The notes: generated from the sequence alone by a model not told the origin. 64,000 nt of DNA from Pyrinomonadaceae bacterium (GCA_051006195.1 JBPCIP010000069.1:5480-69479); one strand, 5' to 3'. Positions 37,642 through 48,235 are shown, numbered from the stretch's first letter. A program made the numbers and translations.

Positions 37642-39018
37642 ATGAAAACAATTGCCGTCTTGTTGCTATTCATCTTTGCCTTCGTCCCCGCGAAGGCGCA
37701 GGAGCAGTCGCAGTCTCCCGCTTCGACTCAAGTTGGTCGCCCGCGCCGCAGCGTCTTAAACGCACCCGTTCAGCAGGAACAAAAACCGGTCGTGCCCGCG
37801 CCAACCGCCATCGCGCCGTTAAAAGTTCCGATGCAACAACCGGCGACGAGCACTTCATCCGGCGCACCGCCTGTTACGAACGCTGGTCCGACGCAATCCG
37901 TCATGGGCGCGTCTCCAGCGACAACTCCCGTCGTCGTGCCCATCTTTACAGCGTTGAAGCCCGCGCCCGCGATCAGTCCGAACAAGATTCGCGCGCGTAT
38001 CGCGGAATCGCAGCGGCTCTTCAAGACGCGCGTGACGCCCACAGCGATGAATCCCGCGCTCAACTTCGTGACGCTCGCTGTGCTCGCGCACGATTCGTCG
38101 CAGATTCACCAGTTGACGCTCGCCAAGCAAGTGTTCCTCAAAAAAGATACGGAAATGACGGTGGCCTCTTCGCTCGGCGACTTCCTGCGCGTGCGCGTCG
38201 TGCGTCCGAATTACGTCAACACTGCCATCATCGTCTCCGATCTCACGGGGCAGCAACTCACGCCGCTTCTCGTCGAGTATCCGATTGAGAAATTCGGCAG
38301 GTATCGCGAGACGGCTTATTACACTTCGGCGCATCCCGCGCTGCTCTCGCCCGAACTCGTCAAGACCGGACAAACCTATGTCCGCACGATGGTTGATCTG
38401 GCCGCGAAGCGACTCAAAGACAAAGGGCATCACATGACGCCCGAAATGCTGGACATGGCCGAGCGCCTGTGTCTGGTCGAACACGTTGACCACCAACGAT
38501 TCCGCACCGAGTCGCGCCGCGCGCTCTACGAAGAAGTCTATGCGCTCTACGCGCTCAATGAACTGGACACCTATCGCTATTCTGTCAGCACCGCCGGCGC
38601 GGGCGGCATGGTGCAGATGATCCCCTGGACGTATCAAATGCTGCGCCAGCGTTACCCGGCGGTCGGTCTCAACCCGGATTTCGTCTTCGGCATGCGCAAT
38701 CACGGCAACGCCCTCGAAGCGATGTTGCTCTACATCCGCGACACTTGGAACGATCTGCTGCTCAGACCCGACATCACCGACGCGCTCGCCACCGGCATCG
38801 CCACGCCCGCTGATTTGATCGCCGCCGGTTACAATTCCAACCCGGCGAAACTCGCCGGTTACATCCGGCGCGGCGGCGCGGCGTGGCGCACCCTCATCCC
38901 GCGCGAGACGCAGATGTATCTCCAGATTTATCAGTCGTTGGAAAGCTTGACTCCGATCAAAGCGCGGGCGAAACAAAAAGAAGCGACCGCCGCTGCGTCT
39001 GAAGAAGTTAAGAATTAA
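37642..39018 (+). CDS. Secreted protein with a lytic-transglycosylase-like C-terminal region
   Basis: Signal peptide, Pro/Ala-rich linker, and AGGMVQMIPWTY resembling the SLT GLMQ motif. Weak assignment. Confidence 0.45.
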   Translation: MKTIAVLLLFIFAFVPAKAQEQSQSPASTQVGRPRRSVLNAPVQQEQKPVVPAPTAIAPLKVPMQQPATSTSSGAPPVTNAGPTQSVMGASPATTPVVVPIFTALKPAPAISPNKIRARIAESQRLFKTRVTPTAMNPALNFVTLAVLAHDSSQIHQLTLAKQVFLKKDTEMTVASSLGDFLRVRVVRPNYVNTAIIVSDLTGQQLTPLLVEYPIEKFGRYRETAYYTSAHPALLSPELVKTGQTYVRTMVDLAAKRLKDKGHHMTPEMLDMAERLCLVEHVDHQRFRTESRRALYEEVYALYALNELDTYRYSVSTAGAGGMVQMIPWTYQMLRQRYPAVGLNPDFVFGMRNHGNALEAMLLYIRDTWNDLLLRPDITDALATGIATPADLIAAGYNSNPAKLAGYIRRGGAAWRTLIPRETQMYLQIYQSLESLTPIKARAKQKEATAAASEEVKN

Positions 39019-39027
39019 CAAACATTT

Positions 39028-39102
39028 GAGCAGCAGAGGGCGAGCCGTCAGCAGTCGAGCCACACGTGGCCTTGTCTGCTGACGGCTCGCCCTCCGCTGC
39101 TC
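39028..39102. terminator. 27-bp-stem bidirectional hairpin between convergent genes
   Basis: gagcagcagagggcgagccgtcagcag pairs with ctgctgacggctcgccctccgctgctc (1 mismatch). T-run after it on the + strand. Confidence 0.85.
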
Positions 39103-39113
39103 GCCGCTTTTCC

Positions 39114-40970
39114 TCAATCGCCGTATTGCAGGGTGTCTCCCAGCGGTAAGTCGGGGACGGCCTCATCAGGCGAGCGGTCGGCGTATTGGAGTTTGTAGAG
39201 TTTCCAGTAGAGGCCGCGTCCGGCGAGCAGTTGCTGGTGCGAGCCTTGTTCGCGGATTTCGCCGTGGTGCAGGACGATGATGCGGTCGGCGCGTTGGATG
39301 GTAGACAGGCGATGCGCGACGAGAATCGAGGTGCGGTTGCGCATCACGCGTTCGATGGCTTGTTGAATGAGTTGCTCGGTTTCAGTATCGATTGAACTCG
39401 TCGCTTCGTCGAGGACGAGCAGCGCCGGGTCGAAGGCCAGCGCCCGGGCGAAACTGATCAATTGTTTTTGTCCCACGGAGAGTCCTGCGCCGCGCTCTCG
39501 CACCTCAGCCCGGTAGCCTGCGGGCAGGCGCTCGATGAACTCGTTGGCATGTACTTCACCCGCCGCCCACCGGATGCGCTCATCCGGCATTGCGGCGCGA
39601 CCGAGGCGGATGTTGCTCTCAACTGTGCCGCTGAAAAGAAACACGTCCTGCAAGACGACCGCGAAATTTTCGCGCAGCGCCCGCAAGTCCCACTCGCGCA
39701 CGTCCACGCCGTCCAGCAGCACGCGCCCGCGCTGCACGTCGTAGAAGCGCATGAGCAGATTCGTGATCGTCGTCTTGCCCGACCCGGTGTGGCCGACGAG
39801 CGCGACCGACTGACCGGGTTCGACCGCGAACGACACATCTTTCAGCACCCAATCCTCGCCCTTGTAAGCGAACCAGACGTTCTCGAATTCGATGCGGCCT
39901 TCGGCCCTTCCGGTCTTCTGCGGCTGGGCGGGCGTCGTGATGGCGATGGGCACATCGAGCGTTTTGAAGAGGCGGTGCGAAGCGACCATCGCGGCTTGCA
40001 GCACGTTGTACTTATCCGAGATGTCGCGGATGGGCTGAAAGAGAGCCTGCGAATATTGAATGAAGGCGACGAGCGCGCCGAGCGTGAGCACCGCCGGCGC
40101 GCCGGGTGTGTTCCCCAACACGCGGTAGCCACCGTACCAGACGATGAGCGCGATGCCGACCGCGCCGATCAAATCGACGAGCGGGAAAAAGACCGCATAG
40201 TAAAAGACCGTCTCGATGTTGGCGCGGCGATAATCGTCGTTGAGCTCGTGGAACTTATGAAACGACTTCGCCTCGCGGTTGAAAATCTGGACGGTCTGCG
40301 CGCCCGACAGGTGCTCCTGCAAAAACGAGTTGATGCGGGCGATGCGCGTGCGCACCATGTCGTAGCCGCGCCGCGCATGTTTGCGAAACCATGAAGTGGC
40401 GGCGAAGAGCAGCGGGACGGTGATGAGCGTGACGAGCGTGAGCCGCCAGTCCATCCAGAGCATGATGCCGATGATGATGAAGATCGTGACCAGATCGCCG
40501 AGCACATCCGTGACGCCCGAAGTGAACAATTCGTTGAGCGCATCAACGTCGGAAGTCAGGCGCGTCATGATGCGCCCGACCGGGTTGCGGTCGAAGTAAG
40601 CCACTTCCTGATGTTGCAGTTTCCCGTAAAGCTCCCCGCGCAGATCGTACATTACGCGCTGCCCGACGGTGTTGAGCAACACCGATTGCACGTATGAAAA
40701 GAGGAAGACGAGCAGACGCACGCCGAGCGCGGCCATCGCCAGCCACACGAGACCGGCGGGGATGCCGGGGATGATGTACCAGTCGATGGCATACTGGGTG
40801 AACTTCGGTTGCAAGACCGCCAACCCGTTCAGGGCAAGCGTCAGGGCGAGCGCGGGGAAGAGCAGGCGCGTGTAAGGCTTCAGGTAGCGCAGCAAGCGGC
40901 GCGCGATCTGCGCGTCGTAAGTTTTGCCGATGGCCTCTTCTTCGTGAAATTGTTGAACTGCGGTTGCCAT
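39114..40970 (-). CDS. ABC exporter, fused permease/ATPase (MsbA/MdlB-like)
   Basis: Six-TM N-domain, Walker [10 protein letters not shown], signature LSVGQKQ, Walker [10 protein letters not shown]. Confidence 0.9.
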   Translation of the reverse strand: MATAVQQFHEEEAIGKTYDAQIARRLLRYLKPYTRLLFPALALTLALNGLAVLQPKFTQYAIDWYIIPGIPAGLVWLAMAALGVRLLVFLFSYVQSVLLNTVGQRVMYDLRGELYGKLQHQEVAYFDRNPVGRIMTRLTSDVDALNELFTSGVTDVLGDLVTIFIIIGIMLWMDWRLTLVTLITVPLLFAATSWFRKHARRGYDMVRTRIARINSFLQEHLSGAQTVQIFNREAKSFHKFHELNDDYRRANIETVFYYAVFFPLVDLIGAVGIALIVWYGGYRVLGNTPGAPAVLTLGALVAFIQYSQALFQPIRDISDKYNVLQAAMVASHRLFKTLDVPIAITTPAQPQKTGRAEGRIEFENVWFAYKGEDWVLKDVSFAVEPGQSVALVGHTGSGKTTITNLLMRFYDVQRGRVLLDGVDVREWDLRALRENFAVVLQDVFLFSGTVESNIRLGRAAMPDERIRWAAGEVHANEFIERLPAGYRAEVRERGAGLSVGQKQLISFARALAFDPALLVLDEATSSIDTETEQLIQQAIERVMRNRTSILVAHRLSTIQRADRIIVLHHGEIREQGSHQQLLAGRGLYWKLYKLQYADRSPDEAVPDLPLGDTLQYGD

Positions 40971-40988
40971 GCTTAAAATGTCCGGTCG

Positions 40989-41450
40989 TTATAAAGTCGT
41001 CTTGAAATTCATGCCGGCGTCTCCCGCCGTGATTTTGTCGAGCGCGTCCCGCGTTGGGAAATGAAGACAGAAGCCGAAGGCGGCGATGATGAACGAATGA
41101 AGCGCATAGGATAGCCCGGTCACAAGATAGGCGGTGAAGCCGAGGATAGCAGTCGCTTCGCACATGGCGAAGGCGATGACATAAGCGGTCGTGCCGAGAT
41201 CGAGGCGACGCTCTGCCGCCGCCTGAGCCAGCAGCCTGCGCTTCACCAGAAACGAGAGCAGAAAAGTCATGAAGCCGATTGAGCCAAGTACCCACGCGAG
41301 CGTGTGATTGCCATCCGCGTTTGCCACCGGGCGAATGACGCGCGCCACGACGAAGAAAAACACGAGCGACATGACCTGTGCGCCCCAGATGATCAGCAAC
41401 CCGCGCCTGCGCGCGGCGGCGGTTGCCGTAGCAGGTTTTTCGTTCATCAT
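40989..41450 (-). CDS. Hypothetical membrane protein (4 TM) between the two ABC exporter genes
   Basis: MMNEKPATATAAARRRGLLIIWGAQVMSLVFFFVV... is hydrophobic throughout. Confidence 0.55.
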   Translation of the reverse strand: MMNEKPATATAAARRRGLLIIWGAQVMSLVFFFVVARVIRPVANADGNHTLAWVLGSIGFMTFLLSFLVKRRLLAQAAAERRLDLGTTAYVIAFAMCEATAILGFTAYLVTGLSYALHSFIIAAFGFCLHFPTRDALDKITAGDAGMNFKTTL

Positions 41451-41512
41451 CTTTCGCTCCGGCCTTTCTTTTCTCAAACAAAATCGCTCGGCTCTGGAAG
41501 CGTCTCCAAAAC

Positions 41513-43255
41513 TTAACTGGCTGCGAGTTCCTCTTCCAGCAGTTGCCGCTCGTAGAGCGCGGCATATTCGCCGCCGCGCGTGAGCAGTTCGTCGTGCGTG
41601 CCGCGTTCGATGATGCGGCCTTCGTCGAGCACGCAGATGAGATCGGCGTCTCGCACCGTCGAGATGCGGTGCGAGACGATCAGACTCGTGCGCTCACGCA
41701 TCACGCCGCGCAGTTGCGCGAGGATTTTCTCTTCAGTGTAAGTGTCAACCGCCGAGAGCGCGTCGTCGAGGATCATGATGCGCGGCTGGCGCAGGACGGC
41801 GCGGGCAATCGCCGTGCGTTGCTTCTGCCCTCCTGAGAGCGTGATGCCGCGCTCGCCGACGAGCGTCTCGAAGCCGGCGGGGAAGCCGCGAATGTCATCG
41901 CTCAAGCCCGCGATCTCCGCCGCCCATTCCACCTCGGCGCGTTCGACATGCTCCACCCCGAAGGCGATGTTTTCGGCGAGCGATTCGCTGAAGAGGAAAG
42001 TCTCCTGCGGGACGTACCCTATCGCGGCACGCAACTGCGCGAGCGGGTAATCGCGCACCGGCACGTCGTCGATAAGGACTGTGCCCCGCGGCGCGTCCAT
42101 CAAGCGCGGGAGCAGATTCATCAAAGTAGACTTGCCCGTTCCCGTGCGCCCGACGAAAGCCACGGTCTGGCCGGCTTCGATGACGAGGTTGATATCTTCA
42201 AGGACGGGCGGCAAATGTTCACTGTAGCTGAAAGTCAGGTGACGAAATTCGATGCGCCCCTTGATCGACACTTGCTCGCGTGCGTCTGCTTCGTCCGTGA
42301 TAGTAGGCTTGATGGCAAAGATGGCGTTCATGCGTTTCAAACTCGCCGTCCCGCGCTGGTAAAGATTGACGACGTAACCGAGCGCGATGAGCGGCCAGAC
42401 AAGGCGCGTGAGATACAGATTGAACTCTGTGAACTGCCCGACTGTGATTTGTCCGTTGACGGCCAGCACGCCGCCGTACCAGAGAATCAAGACGAAGCCC
42501 AACCCGATCAAAAATTGCAAGAGCGGGCGCATCGCCGCGTCGATCCTGACGAGGCTTAGATTGCGTTCGGCGTATTCGCGGTTGAGTTGTTTGAAGATCG
42601 CGATCTCCGATTCTTCCTGCGCGTAGGCGCGCACGACGCGGACGCCCGTAAAATTCTCCTGCGCGCGGGCGGAAATCTGTGCGAAGAAATCCTGAATCTT
42701 CTCAAAACGCACATGCACCTGTTGCCCGAAAAACTTCACCGTCAAGGAGACGAGCGGCATCGTCACGAAAAGCAAAAGCGTCAGGCGCACACTGATGCGC
42801 AGCATCAAGGGCAGGATGAAGATGACGACGAAGACGGTTTGCAACGTGTACATGATCATCGGCCCGGCGAGCTGGCGCACGGCGGCGAGGTCGTTCGTCG
42901 CGCGAGCCATCAAATCGCCCGTCCGGTTGGACTGGAAGAAGGAGAGCGGCAGTTGTTGCAGATGGCGATAAAAGTCTTGTCGCAGATCGTATTCGACGTG
43001 GCGCGACATGCCAATAAGTATGCGCCGCTGCAAAAACAAAAACACGCCGCTCACCAGACTGACGCCCAGAATGATCAGCGCGTAACTCAACAGTTTCGCC
43101 CACGTCACATCCGCGCGCAGCCCATCGACGGCACGCCCCACGAGCAGCGGGATAAACAACCCGATCACGACCGAGGCCAGAATGCACACGATTCCCGCGA
43201 TCAGCTCTTTTTGATAAGGGCGAAAATAGCGGGTGAATTTTTTCAGATCATCCAT
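41513..43255 (-). CDS. ABC exporter, fused permease/ATPase (MdlA-like), probable heterodimer partner
   Basis: Walker [10 protein letters not shown], signature LSGGQKQR, Walker [10 protein letters not shown]. Confidence 0.9.
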   Translation of the reverse strand: MDDLKKFTRYFRPYQKELIAGIVCILASVVIGLFIPLLVGRAVDGLRADVTWAKLLSYALIILGVSLVSGVFLFLQRRILIGMSRHVEYDLRQDFYRHLQQLPLSFFQSNRTGDLMARATNDLAAVRQLAGPMIMYTLQTVFVVIFILPLMLRISVRLTLLLFVTMPLVSLTVKFFGQQVHVRFEKIQDFFAQISARAQENFTGVRVVRAYAQEESEIAIFKQLNREYAERNLSLVRIDAAMRPLLQFLIGLGFVLILWYGGVLAVNGQITVGQFTEFNLYLTRLVWPLIALGYVVNLYQRGTASLKRMNAIFAIKPTITDEADAREQVSIKGRIEFRHLTFSYSEHLPPVLEDINLVIEAGQTVAFVGRTGTGKSTLMNLLPRLMDAPRGTVLIDDVPVRDYPLAQLRAAIGYVPQETFLFSESLAENIAFGVEHVERAEVEWAAEIAGLSDDIRGFPAGFETLVGERGITLSGGQKQRTAIARAVLRQPRIMILDDALSAVDTYTEEKILAQLRGVMRERTSLIVSHRISTVRDADLICVLDEGRIIERGTHDELLTRGGEYAALYERQLLEEELAAS

Positions 43256-43426
43256 AACGGAAATCGGCGTTCGTCTCTTAACTCAAGTTTGACTTGGCGG
43301 CAGTTTGATCTCGCTTATGATGCGCGATCTTTCTGGCCAAAGCCAAACGCGGAAATGAACGGCGCGAAATTTCGTATTGTAAAGCAACTTGGTGGCGAAT
43401 GTATGCCGCCGGGAGATAAGCAAAAA

Positions 43427-43493
43427 GGGGAGGGGAAAAGGGAAAAGGGAAAGGATGAATCATTCTCCTTTCCCTTTTCCCTTTTCCCCTCCC
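43427..43493. terminator. Near-perfect 66-nt palindrome (GGGAAAA tandem units) downstream of the GGDEF gene
   Basis: ggggaggggaaaagggaaaagggaaagga-tgaatcattc-tcctttcccttttcccttttcccctccc. Confidence 0.85.
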
Positions 43494-43500
43494 GCCTGCC

Positions 43501-45276
43501 CTAAGCGGTGGGTGTGTTGAGCGTTACGTCGCTCTCTACGACGGGCAGCATCAGCGCCGGGGTGTCGAACATTTCGTCGCTGACTTCCGTTTGCGGAGTC
43601 GGCGGGGTGTTGATGCGGTTGCGGCCTGTGTGTTTGGATTCGTAGAGCGCGCGATCCGCCGCCGTTACAAGTTGATCGCGCGAAGTGGCGTGGAGCGGAA
43701 ACGTGCTGAGGCCGAAGGAGGCCGTGATGTGGCCGATGCCCGGCACTTCCGTCGTCTCTAATCGTGAGCGCAAGCGTTCGGCGACGATTAACGCCCCTTC
43801 GAGGTTCGCCTGCGGGAGGATGACTGCAAATTCTTCGCCCCCGTAACGCGCCGCCGTATCCACGCCGCGCAGTTCGTCGCGCAGCAGGTCGGCGAGGAAC
43901 CGCAGGGCGGCATCGCCCGCGTCGTGGCCGTGGGTATCATTGACGCGTTTGAAGTGATCGATGTCGAGCATGATCAACGAGAGGGGTTGGCGCATTCGGG
44001 TCGCCAGACGCAAGTCGCGCTCTAGCTGCATCTCGAAAGAGCGGCGGTTGAGGCATCCCGTCAAACCGTCGGTTAAAGCCAACTGTTGCATCTGCGTAAA
44101 CAGGCGCGCGTGATTGACGGCGACGGCCACCTGATCGGCCACCGTGCGCAGGAGCAGCAACTCGTTCTCTTGCCAGACGCGATGCGGATCGTCCGAACAG
44201 ACTAGCAGCACGCCCATCGAACGCGCCTGATAGAGCAGCGGCACGACAGCTAACGGGCGCGTCTCATCTTCGGTTTGCGCCAACGATCCTCTCTGTTCGT
44301 CGAGCACGTAATGCTTGAGACGGCGGGCGAGTTGAGTATGATAGGCGTAGAGGTCGTTGACGAGCGCGCCGCGTTCCTCTTCATTCGGGGGGCCGTCGCG
44401 GAAATAGCATTTCATCACCGCCGACTCGTCGTTTTCGCCTTCGATGTGCAGGCCGCTGAACTGCACGCCGAGCGCCCGGCCAACCTCATCGACTGTTGTT
44501 TGCAGCACGCTCGGAAGCGAGAGCGAACTCCGAATCGCCGACGCGATGCGATTGATGGCGACTTCGCGGGCGGCCTGTTCTTGCAGCAGCCGCGCCAGTT
44601 TGGTGGTGACGGAGACGGTCAGTTGCAGCGAAGTGGCCTTCGGCATGCAAGTGCGCACGGCTTGCGAGAAGGCTCCCGACTGCTCGAAGCGTTCCGCCGT
44701 CACGCGCGCCATTAAATATTCCAGAGCCGAATAGACGATGTCCGGCTCGAACGTCCAGATAACTTCATCCTCCGTAGCCGTTCCCGTCCCGTCCGTCGCC
44801 TGCCCTTTCAGGGAGACGAGCAGGGCGGAGAAGCGCGCATCGGCGATGACAATGAAATGCTCGTTGTCGTCCCCCTGAGACAGGCGCGACATGAGCATCG
44901 ACTCGCGCACCTCATCCAGAAACCGCATTTCATTGTAGGCGTCCTCGGGGGCGACGAAAAAGAAGGCATGGCGCGCGGCACGACCGACTTTCAACACATG
45001 TTCCGCGGAGCGCGGCGAACGCTCAACCTGCAAAGGCAAACTCTCCACCACCAACGCCGCCAAATTGTTCTCCAAAACCACGTCCTCAAAATAGCGATGA
45101 AGTTGCGCGATTGTCTGTTCCGCGCAACGCACCGGCGTAAGCTGGCGTGAATGTTGAGAAAGTAGGGCTTGGTAGAGAGAAAGCATGAGACCTGATGACC
45201 GGGATGGCGCAGACGAGGCTCGCTTATGGGGAATTGCGATGTGCAATTCAGACGCCTGAGAAGACGGCGTAGACAA
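43501..45276 (-). CDS. Diguanylate cyclase (N-terminal sensor region + GAF + GGDEF)
   Basis: RYGGEEFAVILP active site, GLTGCLNRRSF, and an upstream GAF-like region. The start is uncertain. Confidence 0.88.
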   Translation of the reverse strand: MSTPSSQASELHIAIPHKRASSAPSRSSGLMLSLYQALLSQHSRQLTPVRCAEQTIAQLHRYFEDVVLENNLAALVVESLPLQVERSPRSAEHVLKVGRAARHAFFFVAPEDAYNEMRFLDEVRESMLMSRLSQGDDNEHFIVIADARFSALLVSLKGQATDGTGTATEDEVIWTFEPDIVYSALEYLMARVTAERFEQSGAFSQAVRTCMPKATSLQLTVSVTTKLARLLQEQAAREVAINRIASAIRSSLSLPSVLQTTVDEVGRALGVQFSGLHIEGENDESAVMKCYFRDGPPNEEERGALVNDLYAYHTQLARRLKHYVLDEQRGSLAQTEDETRPLAVVPLLYQARSMGVLLVCSDDPHRVWQENELLLLRTVADQVAVAVNHARLFTQMQQLALTDGLTGCLNRRSFEMQLERDLRLATRMRQPLSLIMLDIDHFKRVNDTHGHDAGDAALRFLADLLRDELRGVDTAARYGGEEFAVILPQANLEGALIVAERLRSRLETTEVPGIGHITASFGLSTFPLHATSRDQLVTAADRALYESKHTGRNRINTPPTPQTEVSDEMFDTPALMLPVVESDVTLNTPTA

Positions 45277-45396
45277 AACACAGTTTTACATGAATTAACA
45301 ATTTTGTCTATAAATATTTACGAGCAACCCGAAAGGCAACCGGAGAGAAGTTTAAATTCCCTGTCGGAAAAATTTTATCTGCTGAAATATAAAGAT

Positions 45397-45822
45397 TTAG
45401 TGTAATTTGAGGTAAGTCGTCAAAGCCGTCGCGACGAGCGAGTTGGAGTCATTTGAAACTTCTACGGAAACAGTGGCGATGCGGCGTCCGGCGCGAAGCA
45501 CGCGGGCGTGGGCGGTTAATTTGTCCCCGCTGGTGGCCGGTCTCAGGTAATGAAGCGTGAGATCGACGGTGACGGTCTGTTCTTCCGCTTCGAGCATTGA
45601 AATGACGGCGAAGGCGGAGGCCGTATCGACCAGCGAGGCGAGCGCACCGCCGTGAATGATGCCGCCGAAACGCTCCAACTCGGGCCGGGCATTCATCGAC
45701 AGAGATGCTGTGCCGCGCGCGGCGTGCTCAAATTCGATGCCGAGCAGACGAGCGTAAGGGATGCTGGCGAACGCTTCGCGCAGTTGGCTTATCTTTTCGC
45801 TTGTCAGAGGAATTTCACTCAA
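45397..45822 (-). CDS. PaaI/hotdog-fold thioesterase
   Basis: GIIHGGALASLVDTASAF motif. The proposed TTG start overlaps the YbjQ stop (TTGA). The upstream part of ORF 45397..46017 overlaps ybjQ and is rejected. Confidence 0.75.
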   Translation of the reverse strand: MSEIPLTSEKISQLREAFASIPYARLLGIEFEHAARGTASLSMNARPELERFGGIIHGGALASLVDTASAFAVISMLEAEEQTVTVDLTLHYLRPATSGDKLTAHARVLRAGRRIATVSVEVSNDSNSLVATALTTYLKLH

Positions 45823-46232
45823 GAGTTGTATATTCCGGTCGTCTCCGTTGAGGCGACGACGACTGCCGTGCCGTAGGCGAGCACTTCTGTAACGCCCGCC
45901 GCGACCTCCGTCGCATCGTAACGCGCGCTCACGATGGCGTTGGCTCCGAGTTCCGTGGCGTGTTGGATCATGATCTCGAACGCCTCGCGGCGGGTCTGTT
46001 CGCAGAGATTCGTCCACGCGGTAATGTTGCCGCCCACAAGCATCTGAAAGAACGCGCCCGTGTTGACGACGATGGAGCGCGAACGCACGACGATGCCGCG
46101 CACGATGCCGAGGTTGCGTGTGATGTGAAAGCCGGGAAGTTCCAGCGCAGTCGTGACCATATGGGGCGAGACGGAGTAGCGCGGTTCGCTGATCTCGTAA
46201 GGCGTGCGTGGTTGGAGGGGATCGTGGCTCAT
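45819..46232 (-). CDS. YbjQ/UPF0145 family protein
   Basis: ITRNLGIVRGIVVRSRSI...EAFEIMIQHATELGANAIVSARYD is the family pattern. Confidence 0.85.
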   Translation of the reverse strand: MSHDPLQPRTPYEISEPRYSVSPHMVTTALELPGFHITRNLGIVRGIVVRSRSIVVNTGAFFQMLVGGNITAWTNLCEQTRREAFEIMIQHATELGANAIVSARYDATEVAAGVTEVLAYGTAVVVASTETTGIYNS

Positions 46233-46268
46233 GTTTGCAGGTTCGGCTTGAAGCAGAATTGGAAACTC

Positions 46269-46745
46269 TTAGTCGTTGAAGAGAGTGGGCTGCGCGCTTT
46301 GCTTGCCAATTTCATCGACGCCGGTTTGCGCTTCCTCCGGCACCCAACGGTGGCGGCCCAGATCGCAGCGGCCACGCGCGTTGAACTCGACGCCTTCGGC
46401 TTCGAGCATCCGCTGCTGTTTGTCCAGCGGCAGCAGGACGCGACCCGTGGAACAGGCCCCCTGCGCGTTGATGACGCGATGCCATGGCACGGATTCGTCC
46501 GCCGCATGCATGACGAAGCCGACGGTGCGCGCTGTATATCCCGCGCCGAGAATCTCCGCCAGTTGGCCGTAAGTCATCACTTGCCCCGGAGGGATGCGGC
46601 GCACGATCTCGAAGACGCGTTCGTTGTAGCCCGGCTCATCAATCATGGCCGGATCGCTAAGGAAAGGCTTCAGAGGTTTTTCGCCGCCGCTTCGTTTGGG
46701 TTTCGTGTCCATCGTTTTTTGCCCGTCCGGCTGTGCTCGCGCCAC
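46269..46745 (-). CDS. Alkyltransferase-like (ATL) protein: MGMT DNA-binding domain without the active-site Cys
   Basis: IPPGQVMTYGQLA...VPWHRVIN: PWHRV replaces the PCHRV of O6-alkylguanine transferases. Confidence 0.8.
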   Translation of the reverse strand: MARAQPDGQKTMDTKPKRSGGEKPLKPFLSDPAMIDEPGYNERVFEIVRRIPPGQVMTYGQLAEILGAGYTARTVGFVMHAADESVPWHRVINAQGACSTGRVLLPLDKQQRMLEAEGVEFNARGRCDLGRHRWVPEEAQTGVDEIGKQSAQPTLFND

Positions 46746-46811
46746 CCAAGCGCGCCACTCCGCAATCGACTGTGAGCGTTGGGCCTGCGAAGCCGCAGGT
46801 TGGAAATTGAG

Positions 46812-46967
46812 TCAGGTATTCGTCGCATCGCGCAGGCACATCTCGGCCAGAAAGCGCGTGCGTAAATCCGGACTCGCCAGCAACTCGATCAATTGCGGAA
46901 TCGAATGCTGCGCCATTCGCGCGCGTTCTACCGCGAAGGTCTTGCGTTTCTCGACGGATAACTTCAT
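46812..46967 (-). CDS. Possible 51-aa ORF with a HEAT-repeat-like sequence
   Basis: Manual translation gives MKLSVEKRKTFAVERARMAQHSIPQLIELLASPDLRTRFLAEMCLRDATNT*. It is below the ORF-track cutoff and fills the gap between the cupin and ATL genes. Confidence 0.3.
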   Translation of the reverse strand: MKLSVEKRKTFAVERARMAQHSIPQLIELLASPDLRTRFLAEMCLRDATNT

Positions 46968-46976
46968 CGGGATATT

Positions 46977-47375
46977 TCAGATATGTTCGAGGTCGGCGAC
47001 GGTGCGATGATTTTGCCGGTCGCCCGTGTTGAGTGTCGTCTTCGGCTCAAGCAGGAGCACATGCGCTTCATCCTCCGCGACCGGCAGATGCTCGACGCCT
47101 CTGGGAATAATGGCAAATTCGCCCTCCGCCAGTTGGAGATCACGGTCTCTCAGCTTGATGGTCAGATGGCCTTTAACGACGAGAAACAATTCGTCTTCCG
47201 TATCGTGCTTATGCCAGACGAACTCGCCTTTCAGCTTCACCAGCTTGACGTAAGAATCGTTCAACTCGCCCGCGATCTTCGGACTCCAATGACCTTGAAA
47301 AAGATTGAACTTCTCGGCGAGATTGACTACCTCCATTTCAGCGCACTCCTCCATTAACGTGGTGTGAATCTCCAT
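46977..47375 (-). CDS. Cupin domain protein
   Basis: WHKHDTEDELFLVVKGHLTI...IPRGVEH is the cupin motif pair. Start taken at MEIHTT, 2 nt after the upstream stop. Confidence 0.8.
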   Translation of the reverse strand: MEIHTTLMEECAEMEVVNLAEKFNLFQGHWSPKIAGELNDSYVKLVKLKGEFVWHKHDTEDELFLVVKGHLTIKLRDRDLQLAEGEFAIIPRGVEHLPVAEDEAHVLLLEPKTTLNTGDRQNHRTVADLEHI

Positions 47376-47377
47376 TA

Positions 47378-48025
47378 TCAATCCAATGTGCGCAGGACGG
47401 CGCGTGCCGGAGCGCCGTCGCCGCTGCCCGCCGCGATCTTCAAAGGCAGGCACATCAATTCGTAGACGCCCGCCGCCACTCCATGTAAATCCAACCCTTC
47501 GACGATGATAATGCCTGCTGAGAGCAGCCTCATGTGCGTCTCGAAAGTGTCGGATTTAAACTTCTCGACGGACAAATAGTCGATCCCGACGAGCCGCACG
47601 CCGCGTTCGACGAGCGCGCCTGCCGCTTCCGCCGTGAGATAAGTATAGTCCTCGCGAAACGCATTGCCGTTGTCACGCCAGAAAGCGGAGTTGCGCGTTT
47701 TGAAGAGCACGCGCGTCGTGCCCGCGGGTACGTTCTCAGTGACATGGCTGGCCTCAATTGCCTGCGCCGTTTCCGCGAGTTCCACGACGCGCGCTTCACC
47801 GATGAGAACGTCGAGCGACATCGCGGCAATCGTCGGCGCGTCCGGGATGAAATGCGCGGGGGCGTCGGCGTGTGTGGCCGTGTGTGCGCCGAAACGCAAG
47901 AGCGTCACATTGGCCGCATCGCCGCGTGCCAGGGCCGACCACGAAACGATCTCCAAACCGGGGTCGCCGGGATAAATTGGCGTCGTCTCCGGCGAGATGG
48001 CGACGCTGATGTCGTAAATAGGCAT
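47378..48025 (-). CDS. Cyclase-family protein / kynurenine formamidase-like
   Basis: GAHTATHADAPAHF matches the HxGTHxDxPxH cyclase motif. Confidence 0.8.
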   Translation of the reverse strand: MPIYDISVAISPETTPIYPGDPGLEIVSWSALARGDAANVTLLRFGAHTATHADAPAHFIPDAPTIAAMSLDVLIGEARVVELAETAQAIEASHVTENVPAGTTRVLFKTRNSAFWRDNGNAFREDYTYLTAEAAGALVERGVRLVGIDYLSVEKFKSDTFETHMRLLSAGIIIVEGLDLHGVAAGVYELMCLPLKIAAGSGDGAPARAVLRTLD

Positions 48026-48030
48026 AAATT

Positions 48031-48095
48031 AAGTGATAAGTGATGAGTAAGGACGAAAGCATTGTCTTTGACGCAGCACTCATCACTCATCACTT
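48031..48095. repeat. Heptamer-based palindrome (GTGATnA type) in a divergent intergenic region
   Basis: aagtgataagtgatgagt (48031-48048) pairs with actcatcactcatcactt (48078-48095), 1 mismatch. It lies between two divergent gene starts, so it terminates neither gene. Confidence 0.85.
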
Positions 48096-48235
48096 CGTCA
48101 TGGTACTGGCAGCTTTCGAGGACTGTCAACGCGGTTTCCTTTACGACTGCCGACTTCTTGCGACGTTGATCGTCGTGCGTTAGCATCTCGGAGCAGATGT
48201 TGATGCGGTAATCCTGAAGTCTCCTTGAGAGACGT

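Noticed and set aside
43278-43504. ORFs 43278..43463 (-) and the tail of 42587..43504 (+), with FPFPFSP / GKREKGK peptides.
   Set aside because: They are read straight through the gggaaaa/ttttccc palindrome arms and are not coding.
45819-46017. The N-terminal 65 aa of ORF 45397..46017 (Arg/Gly-rich) as part of the thioesterase.
   Set aside because: It overlaps the well-supported YbjQ gene in another frame. The hotdog domain begins just after a TTG that overlaps the ybjQ stop.
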